A DNA stretch of 64,000 nucleotides, from contig CAYPFW010000001.1 in assembly GCA_964410585.1 (NCBI GenBank), forward strand, positions 416,001 through 480,000. The letters run 5' to 3'. Made by a program: the position numbers and the translations under genes. This DNA comes from an uncultured archaeon (GTDB lineage: Archaea > Aenigmatarchaeota > Aenigmatarchaeia > QMZP01 > JACQNV01). The notes under the pieces were generated by a model, which worked only from the letters and a program-made list of their open reading frames with translations, did no database searches and was not told where the DNA came from. The first letter of the stretch is position 1. Every line of letters starts with the position of its first letter. This document shows positions 56,864 through 64,000 of the stretch, one piece after another.

Positions 56864-57796
56864 ATGCCAAATCCTAAAATTAGAAATTTATCAATTTATC
56901 CAGTAAAAAGTTGTGATGGGATAGAAGTGCCGAGAGCCACTTTAACACAGTCTGGACTATCTGTAAACGGTTATAGAGATCACCAATACATGGTTGTTAG
57001 AGCTAAACCAAATGATAGAACTGTATACGAATTTCTAACGCAAAAAGACGCAGATCAAATGAGAAAAGAAGGTTCAGATAGGATAGCCTTAATGGCTTTG
57101 ATAAAACCAGAAATAAAAAGTGGAATTTTGAGATTAACTTGGAGATACGAACAACCAATAGAAGTCCCTGAAGATACAAGAGGAACTGAATTAACTGTTA
57201 AAATTTGGGATGATGAAACTTCAGCAGTTGATAAAGGGAGAGAAGTTTCTGAGTGGTTAAGTGATCATCTAGGATTGAAAGTCAGACTTGTTGAAGCTAC
57301 TGGTTCTTTCAGTAGAACTGCAGAACAAACATATACAGAAAATCAAAACCCTTTACGATTTCAAGATATCTATCCAGTTCACTGGTTTTCAGCAGAATCT
57401 TTACAAGAACTTTATGAAAAATCTGGACAGCAAATTCCTTGGCAAGCTTTCAGGCCCCAAATAGTTACAGAAGGTTCTGAACCAAGGTTTGAACACGATG
57501 TCGAATTTGCTCGAATTGCTGGACTTGTTTCTTTTAGAAATATAAGACCATGTGACAGATGTCTAGTCACACAAGTTGATCCTGAAACAGGAATAATAAG
57601 AACAGATGAACCTCTTCGAACTTTGGCTAAATACAAAAACTGGATCAAAAACACTGGAAAAAGAAAAGTTATTTTTGGTGAATATGCTCTCCCAGAAGGC
57701 ATAGGAAGGATAGCAGTTGGTGATGAAGTTGTTGTCAATTCATTTAGAACGCCGCCTCTGGAGTATGGAACTTTGGAAGAGATTCAGGCAGCCTAG
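56864..57796 (+). CDS. MOSC-domain protein (YcbX/mARC-like)
   Basis: IYPVKSCDG, WLS..LG..VRLV, FRP, PCDRC. Confidence 0.88.
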   Translation: MPNPKIRNLSIYPVKSCDGIEVPRATLTQSGLSVNGYRDHQYMVVRAKPNDRTVYEFLTQKDADQMRKEGSDRIALMALIKPEIKSGILRLTWRYEQPIEVPEDTRGTELTVKIWDDETSAVDKGREVSEWLSDHLGLKVRLVEATGSFSRTAEQTYTENQNPLRFQDIYPVHWFSAESLQELYEKSGQQIPWQAFRPQIVTEGSEPRFEHDVEFARIAGLVSFRNIRPCDRCLVTQVDPETGIIRTDEPLRTLAKYKNWIKNTGKRKVIFGEYALPEGIGRIAVGDEVVVNSFRTPPLEYGTLEEIQAA

Positions 57797-57829
57797 GAAA
57801 CTTTTTATTTCTTCATTCTATTTTTCTGA

Positions 57830-58402
57830 ATGATCATAACAATTTCTGGTACATCTGGAAGTGGAAAATCCACTGTTTCTAAAATTCTACAGCAAAAACT
57901 TGGAGCAGAAAGAATCTATGTTGGAGGAATTCGGCGCGAACTTGCACGGAAAAAAGGAATGACGCTTATCGAATTAAACGAGTATGCAAAAAACAACCCT
58001 GAGACAGATGTTGACGTAGATAAGGCAGCAGCAGAACAAGCAAGGGAATTGGAAAAGCAGGGGAAAACAGTTATAGCAGAAGGCTATGTGATGTTCCACT
58101 TCCTTCCAGAGTCAATAAAAATTTTCATAAAAGCTGATTTTGATGTTTGCGCAGAAAGAATATGGAAAGACTTGCAAAATGAAAAATCAAAACAATCCAG
58201 AAATGAGGGTGAAATTGTTTCATTTGATCAAATGAAAAAACGTGTTAGAGAAAGGCTAAAAGAGGATTCAGATAGATACAAAAAATATTATGGTATTGAT
58301 CATTTAGACGAGAAACATTATGATTTTGTTGTCGATGCAACAAAAATAAATGCAGAGCAAGTCGCTGAAAAAATTCTAGAATTTTTGAAAAAGAAATTAT
58401 GA
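57830..58402 (+). CDS. cmk: Cytidylate kinase (archaeal type)
   Basis: ITISGTSGSGKST, G.I.RELA, RYKKYYGID, YD.V.D. Confidence 0.9.
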   Translation: MIITISGTSGSGKSTVSKILQQKLGAERIYVGGIRRELARKKGMTLIELNEYAKNNPETDVDVDKAAAEQARELEKQGKTVIAEGYVMFHFLPESIKIFIKADFDVCAERIWKDLQNEKSKQSRNEGEIVSFDQMKKRVRERLKEDSDRYKKYYGIDHLDEKHYDFVVDATKINAEQVAEKILEFLKKKL

Positions 58403-58638
58403 TAAGAGAATCAGTATTTAGGACATATGCAACAACAATATACTTTACCTCATTAGGTCTTGCTTGGGGATATGTACATATTCCACTTGCAATGGCCTAC
58501 AGGACTGAGATCACACAAAAATACACAGCCCAAGACTGGCTTTTATTTGGTTCTATTCATGCAATTCCAGCTGCCCTCTTTTTAGGAACATTTGGTTTTG
58601 TGGTAGATAGAAATCGCAAACAGTATCCAAGAGATTAG
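58399..58638 (+). CDS. Small two-TM membrane protein
   Basis: ATGA-coupled to cmk; two hydrophobic segments. Confidence 0.6.
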   Translation: MIRESVFRTYATTIYFTSLGLAWGYVHIPLAMAYRTEITQKYTAQDWLLFGSIHAIPAALFLGTFGFVVDRNRKQYPRD

Positions 58639-58646
58639 AATCCATA

Positions 58647-59936
58647 CTATTCTGCCCCAACATCAGGCGCAACTAAATTCTTTTTCAAAACAACACCAAC
58701 ATCGCGGATGAACTTTCTGACCATTTCCCTTTGCTGTAAAATATTCCTTTTGTCAACATCAATAACCTTGCCTTCGTCAACTGCTTTTACCATTTTCTGA
58801 AGCTCTAAAAATACTTGCATGTATTTGTCTGAAACAAGACCCTTTTTGATGACTTCACTTTCAAATGCATCCACAATTTTTTCATTTGAAGCAGGCAATT
58901 TGCCAAGCGATTTCAGCAAAGTGACAATTGTCTCCATCATTATTGCATAAGACTTATCAATCATGTTTTCCCTTTTCAAAACTTCTATTTTCACTATAAG
59001 CGACTGCATTTTCTTTGTGAAGTCTTTTGCGCGCTCAATCCATTTGTCAACATCTGCACCAGAAATCTCATTTATTCTTTTGTGCTCGACTTCCTTTCTC
59101 ACATGGATTATCTCTTCCATCCAATCTGCATATTTTTCTTCCAAAAGTTTTGCCTGAACAAGGCTTCTTTTCATTTCAATTGCAGCATCAGAAGGCCTTG
59201 GTGGACTTTTTCCCAAAAACATTAGAACAGCTTGAGCAGATTCAAGCATCGCATAATACAAATCCTCTACAACAGAATAAATTTTGTTGTCTTCTGCTTT
59301 GAAAATTCTTTTTGGGGCTCGATCAATGTATTTTTCAACAGCTTCTTTGCTTGGTCTTATTTCGCCCATTTGGAGTAGCCTTTTGATTGGCAAGAAAATA
59401 TCCTTGTCGTAAACAGGCACACCTTCTCTGATGAAATTGAAAATAATTGGATGACCTTCCCTTACCATTGCCCAAAACTCAGTAAGCAAATAAGGTTGTT
59501 GGATAGAAAGTTGCTTTGACAAACTTCTTGCAATTTCAACAACATCCTTGTCTATCTTTGCAAGCATTTCAGGCGATATTCTTTGCCTTGTGTCGTCTAC
59601 AATCACAAAAACATCAATATCAGATTCTCCTCTCCATTCTTCCCTTGCAGTAGAACCAAACAAGACAACAGAGCGTATCAACGCACCATGCTTTTCCAAA
59701 AGAACCTTTGTGAATTTTTTTAAGATTTCAATCCTTTCCTCCTTTCCTATTCCCTCTGCCCCTTCTTTGTCATATTCACCTTTCAATGTATAGTTAGAAT
59801 CAATTGCAAAATTTTCCCTGTCTCTTTCTGCTGCTTTTACATCTTGTTGAACAGGATTTTCAACTGTAGAAACATTAGCAAACTTATCTGCTTTTTTTAT
59901 TGTAATTGGCTTCTCCTTTGCTTCTTTTTTTGTCAT
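58647..59936 (-). CDS. Nucleotidyltransferase (MNT) fused to HEPN domain
   Basis: LFGS...SDIDV; YYAM...AQA.L helix; R-x4-H (RKEVEH). Confidence 0.82.
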   Translation of the reverse strand: MTKKEAKEKPITIKKADKFANVSTVENPVQQDVKAAERDRENFAIDSNYTLKGEYDKEGAEGIGKEERIEILKKFTKVLLEKHGALIRSVVLFGSTAREEWRGESDIDVFVIVDDTRQRISPEMLAKIDKDVVEIARSLSKQLSIQQPYLLTEFWAMVREGHPIIFNFIREGVPVYDKDIFLPIKRLLQMGEIRPSKEAVEKYIDRAPKRIFKAEDNKIYSVVEDLYYAMLESAQAVLMFLGKSPPRPSDAAIEMKRSLVQAKLLEEKYADWMEEIIHVRKEVEHKRINEISGADVDKWIERAKDFTKKMQSLIVKIEVLKRENMIDKSYAIMMETIVTLLKSLGKLPASNEKIVDAFESEVIKKGLVSDKYMQVFLELQKMVKAVDEGKVIDVDKRNILQQREMVRKFIRDVGVVLKKNLVAPDVGAE

Positions 59937-59967
59937 AATATATATTATATCCCTTTATTAAATACAT

Positions 59968-60348
59968 TTAGACATTTGGATCGCCGAAAAATTGTTTTGC
60001 TTCTCTTTCTAAAGTGTCCATACCTACTGGTTTTTCTAAATATTTAGCATTTCCGGATCTTTCTACAATGGCTGTTATTTGAGCTCTTTCACTATCTGAA
60101 ACAGGTGAGCAACATATCAAAACAGGTGTTCGCCTTCCATCTTTTCTTAATTGCTCGAGTATTTCTATACCCCTTGGGCTACCCATGTTGTTGTCAAACA
60201 CAGCGCCATCGAAGTTTCCTGAGTAAATTTTTTCACGAGCTTCTGTCCCATTTGCTGCTTGTTCAACAACATATCTATTTCTAGTCAATAGTCTAGAGTA
60301 TAAATCTCTCAGAGGTTTTTCATCATCTGCAACTAAAATTCTTTTCAT
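59968..60348 (-). CDS. Stand-alone response regulator receiver
   Basis: ILVADDE, phosphoacceptor VFDNNM, LEKP. Confidence 0.88.
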   Translation of the reverse strand: MKRILVADDEKPLRDLYSRLLTRNRYVVEQAANGTEAREKIYSGNFDGAVFDNNMGSPRGIEILEQLRKDGRRTPVLICCSPVSDSERAQITAIVERSGNAKYLEKPVGMDTLEREAKQFFGDPNV

Positions 60349-60710
60349 AGTTCTGCTCCTACAGCTGATTCGTCTTTGATGTATTTGAATAAATCATCGA
60401 ACAAAAATCCAGGCTTTTTGAAAATTGGTATTTTTTTGTCAACGTCTTGCCTCAAAGAATCATATTCAAAATTATCCAAAGTTGTTGTCAAGGCCAACTT
60501 TGTTCCAACTGGAACGCTATGTACCATATCAGCTATCTGATCAACATTAGCATAGTGCACATCGAAAACAACTGCATCAAATCTGCTTGAGTCAACTTCT
60601 TTGTAGTTCCTAGCAAATCTTACATCAACTTTAGCTCTTCTGGCCCAAATATCGTATGCACTTCTCAAACTCTCATCTGGCTCAACAAAACAAACTCTAA
60701 TCCTATTCAT
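60345..60710 (-). CDS. Divergent receiver-domain protein
   Basis: FVEPD, VVFD, LTT, KKP; ATGA-coupled to the next receiver. Confidence 0.65.
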   Translation of the reverse strand: MNRIRVCFVEPDESLRSAYDIWARRAKVDVRFARNYKEVDSSRFDAVVFDVHYANVDQIADMVHSVPVGTKLALTTTLDNFEYDSLRQDVDKKIPIFKKPGFLFDDLFKYIKDESAVGAEL

Positions 60711-60751
60711 ATAATCACTAATAAATAGTGAAATTAAGGCTTTATAAAGGT

Positions 60752-62644
60752 TTATCTCAGCTCGCCCTTCTTGAACATTTCAGCTTTGCCTTTGTTCTTT
60801 GCTGCTGAGGATAGGATACCCCATTCTTCTTCTGGGACTTCAAATAGATCTTTTAACGGATCCATTTTATGATCCTCAATTATCTGCATTTGTCTTTTTA
60901 CTCCACCCATAACAAGTGACCCTTCCAATGCAAAAAATTCAGCTGGTAACTCCTTTAATGGAGTTTCTTTTTCAACATACTTTGCAATCAATCTCAAGAC
61001 GTCTATTGATTTTTGGAAAGGATCATCTCCACCTCCTCTTTCATATATTAAAAATGATGTTCTTTTTTTACCAAAACCTGTTTTCACAAGATTTAATATA
61101 AGTTCATACAAAACAACATCGCCAAACTCCAGTATGTCATGTGGATGCATTGGATTTGGGTGGTTAGCATGTATAGAAATTGTGAGTTCTCCAAAATCAG
61201 GTTTAGTCAAAATATCCGCTCTGCTTTCCAAAAGAGCGTCTACACCCTGTGTGGCCAAGTGCTCATGATCCACTATCAACATTAACCTAGACAGCTTACT
61301 TTCTTTTCTTGATGTTTTAACTGCAGCATATAACTGTTTTGGCCTCCACAATAAATGGGAACCAGCATAATGAGGCTCTCTGGCTTCTGGATTTTCTATT
61401 CCAACTATTATACTTCTTGCAGTCTTAATGCATTCTTCTTTAAACCTTTTATCCTCAGGCGATTTATCAGGAAGTTTTTTCAACTCTTTGCCAATAAATT
61501 CATCCTCAATCCACTTGAATGCAGCTTCCATGTGACCCTGTAAAAATTTAGCTGCAACAACAGAATAAAAAAATTCTTTGAACTCTCTATCATTATACTT
61601 TTGCGCCTCTAACCATGTATTATCAAACCAATCTGGATCATTATAATTTATTTTATATTTTTTCATCAAATCCTTGTATTCAGCTGCCATTGCAACCCAC
61701 ATAGGATCCTTTTCCAAAAACAAGTAGTTTGCCATTATTAGATAACCTTCAACTATTGTCACACCACCTCTTATTTCCTCAGAATACCATCTATCTCCTT
61801 TGGCTAACTTTTCTCTTGCAGCATCATCATATGCCTGCTCCTCCATCAAAGATCTTTGAACTATATATTCCTGCCTCACCCTGTCCATTGTTTTTCTTAT
61901 TTCAGCATCAACTTCAGGGTGGCCTGTTTTTGGGACAACACCTCTTGTTTGTGCATCCTCAACTACATCATCTATAAGCTCTTCAATTGAAATTTTTCCT
62001 TGATATTTTATTTCAACAATCTGTTTAAGCTGAGGTCTCAACTTATTAAGCACTTGTCTTAATACCTCCTCTGTATGCTCTTTTTCCCAATTTAAAGAAT
62101 CAACAGAAACTTTGTTTCCCAATTTTATTCTTTCATCTCTTGAAAAGATATCAGCAAGATAGTGCTCAATTTTTTTCTTGATAAACCATTCTCTGAGTTT
62201 TTTGGATTCTTTCAAAATTCCAGAAATAAACCTTCCCTTATGATCACAAAAAGACAAGGTCATTTTTCTTCCAGTACCATATGTCAGAAGCTCGAGCCAA
62301 ATATTTAGACATGCATGGAAATCAATATACGTAGCCCCAACATAAATTGCTGATCTCAGGGATTTTGTTATCCTTTCATGCGAATCTCTCCAATCAGACC
62401 TTTCAGGCATGTCCAAAGCTATCTGCAAATCACCGTGCATGTTCAATTCAAGGCCCTGTTTTTTTGCTATGCTTCTAATTTGTTTGGCATCTGTAAAAGT
62501 GACTTCACTCGGCAGGTCCAGAGGAAGTTCTATTGTGTTTACACCTCGAGTAAGCACATAACCAATTTTTTTGATAGTTGTGGCTAACTCTGGCGACCTC
62601 GCTATATAATGCAATCCCGGTGTTGTTCCAACTTTAAATCCCAT
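60752..62644 (-). CDS. AP endonuclease 2/xylose isomerase-like TIM barrel with large helical insertion
   Basis: MHG, YIDFH, IENP, VDHEH, IHAN, YERG. Confidence 0.75.
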   Translation of the reverse strand: MGFKVGTTPGLHYIARSPELATTIKKIGYVLTRGVNTIELPLDLPSEVTFTDAKQIRSIAKKQGLELNMHGDLQIALDMPERSDWRDSHERITKSLRSAIYVGATYIDFHACLNIWLELLTYGTGRKMTLSFCDHKGRFISGILKESKKLREWFIKKKIEHYLADIFSRDERIKLGNKVSVDSLNWEKEHTEEVLRQVLNKLRPQLKQIVEIKYQGKISIEELIDDVVEDAQTRGVVPKTGHPEVDAEIRKTMDRVRQEYIVQRSLMEEQAYDDAAREKLAKGDRWYSEEIRGGVTIVEGYLIMANYLFLEKDPMWVAMAAEYKDLMKKYKINYNDPDWFDNTWLEAQKYNDREFKEFFYSVVAAKFLQGHMEAAFKWIEDEFIGKELKKLPDKSPEDKRFKEECIKTARSIIVGIENPEAREPHYAGSHLLWRPKQLYAAVKTSRKESKLSRLMLIVDHEHLATQGVDALLESRADILTKPDFGELTISIHANHPNPMHPHDILEFGDVVLYELILNLVKTGFGKKRTSFLIYERGGGDDPFQKSIDVLRLIAKYVEKETPLKELPAEFFALEGSLVMGGVKRQMQIIEDHKMDPLKDLFEVPEEEWGILSSAAKNKGKAEMFKKGELR

Positions 62645-62645
62645 G

Positions 62646-62698
62646 CTAGCCTTCTTTTAGAAAAAGAAGTCTACCGTACCCAAGAAAACTATTATACA
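62646..62698 (+). repeat. Family B repeat
   Basis: CTAGCCTTCTTTTAGAAAAAGAAGTCTACCGTACCCAAGAAAACTATTATACA. Confidence 0.87.
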
Positions 62699-62789
62699 TA
62701 CCCACTCTTTCTAAAAAATCACCCCTTGCGTTTAGACAACTCCTTTTCAATAATTTTAGCTTCATCTTTTCGATTAGGTTTTTAAAAGG

Positions 62790-63998
62790 TTAATAACTCG
62801 GTCCCGATCCTGGAACCCCCATTTTCCATTTTAAAAATTTTATAACCTCTGCATATAACTGTCCTGCAGGAAGGAAATACATTTTTGTTAACCTTTCCTC
62901 TAAATTGCTTTCATATGGTCCAGGTCTGATAAATGGACTTGTTATTTTAATCAAAAAATTTTTAGAGCCGGAAAAAGCGCTTTTTACTCCGTCTCGTGTT
63001 TTTGAGAGAACAGAAGGCTTACTTGGTTCCTTTTTCTCTTCCATCTCTGTCTCTATTTCTTTCCTTATATCATCTTCATATTCTTTAGAACCAATGAGCT
63101 CGTTTATATGTCTATTAAATTTTTCCTCAACTGCAGCAAGCTCGATTATATGTAAAAGTAAAACATTTTGAGAAACTGTTCTATGCTTTATATCAAATGT
63201 TATATCCTCAAGCTCACCCTTCCCTGGGATTTTGCCTAAAAATTTCATGACTTTTATGTCATAGACTCTGTAATAAAGAGCTGTCTCTGACATTTCTTTT
63301 GATGAGACTGCTTTCTTGAATAGCTTTTCCATTCTTTCCTCAAGCTTTTCATCATCCTCAACAACAAATTTACCATCCTTAACTTTACCCCAAACCTTGT
63401 GGTGCTCTGCTATTATTCTTGCCCACTTTTTAGAAAAGCTATCTATTGGGCTTATTTGACCTGTTCTTTCTGGCTTTGACATTTCAGGTGGATTAAAAAC
63501 CTTCCAACCTAAAAATCTAATGTGTGATGAAGCAACAGCATTTCCAAAACCAGGTGCCATATAAACACTTGTCACAGCTTCCTGTGGATTTTTTTCCAAG
63601 CTATCTCTCATCATCTTGTGCCTAGAAACATAAGGCTTGAGCCACTCTCTATACTCTGCTATACTTCTTTCTCTGGCTTTAACTAGTGAATTTATCCTCG
63701 CATATCTCTTTTGTACTTCAGGAAGGAACATTTTTTTCCAATTTTCAAAAAGCTCGTTTTTTGTTTTTAGAACAGTGGCCTCTGCCTGCGAAACAGCTAG
63801 CTTGTCCTTTATTTTTTCAACATCTTTTCTTGACTTTTCATCTAAGGTTCCAAATCTTATGAAATCTGTGATTATTGTTGGCCATCTTTTAGTCATGCTA
63901 ATCATAGAAAAGTTTTCGCCTGTAAATGCATCAACCCTGTCAATGAAAAGCGATCTTAGAACATGCTCATCTTTGTCTTTTTTGGCTTTTACAAAATA
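62790..63998 (-). CDS. Conserved hypothetical coiled-coil protein, 5' end outside window
   Basis: Frame stays open from 63905 to the window edge (..EHVLRSLFIDRVD..). Confidence 0.8.
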   Translation of the reverse strand, partial: YFVKAKKDKDEHVLRSLFIDRVDAFTGENFSMISMTKRWPTIITDFIRFGTLDEKSRKDVEKIKDKLAVSQAEATVLKTKNELFENWKKMFLPEVQKRYARINSLVKARERSIAEYREWLKPYVSRHKMMRDSLEKNPQEAVTSVYMAPGFGNAVASSHIRFLGWKVFNPPEMSKPERTGQISPIDSFSKKWARIIAEHHKVWGKVKDGKFVVEDDEKLEERMEKLFKKAVSSKEMSETALYYRVYDIKVMKFLGKIPGKGELEDITFDIKHRTVSQNVLLLHIIELAAVEEKFNRHINELIGSKEYEDDIRKEIETEMEEKKEPSKPSVLSKTRDGVKSAFSGSKNFLIKITSPFIRPGPYESNLEERLTKMYFLPAGQLYAEVIKFLKWKMGVPGSGPSY

Positions 63999-64000
63999 GT

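Noticed and set aside
1-64000. Provirus or autonomous transposon
   Set aside because: No integrase, transposase, capsid or terminase motifs recognised, and no att duplication of the tRNA seen.

Overview
AT-rich, gene-dense chromosomal window from an archaeon, most likely a DPANN lineage. The lineage call rests on a fused PriS-PriL primase, class I LysRS, archaeal ribosomal proteins and an intron-containing tRNA-Gln. Aenigmarchaeota is plausible but is only an inference. Housekeeping blocks are rpl18e-rpl13-rps9, rps10-fen1, alaS, lysS, RPA-PCNA-endoIV, GINS-rpl44e-rps27e-eIF2a-srp54 and pus10-rpl21e-rpo4-DUF655, interspersed with accessory genes. Highlights: (1) a two-gene PafA-type ligase plus a small Pup/UBact-like tag ending YINPEGE, i.e. 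a candidate pupylation-like conjugation system in an archaeon; (2) several families of short structured intergenic repeats that show stem covariation, sit inside conserved operons and are nested within one another; (3) a tetraether-lipid cluster (GGR, Grs/Gms-like and Tes-like radical SAM enzymes, IscA, Rieske ferredoxin) with a palindromic TATAAC-N3-GTTATA motif shared with a Cys-rich HTH regulator; (4) a coupled radical SAM-aldolase-dehydrogenase operon of unknown function; (5) an Elp3/Trm9-like divergent pair. All protein calls come from motif recognition by eye; no database searches were run.
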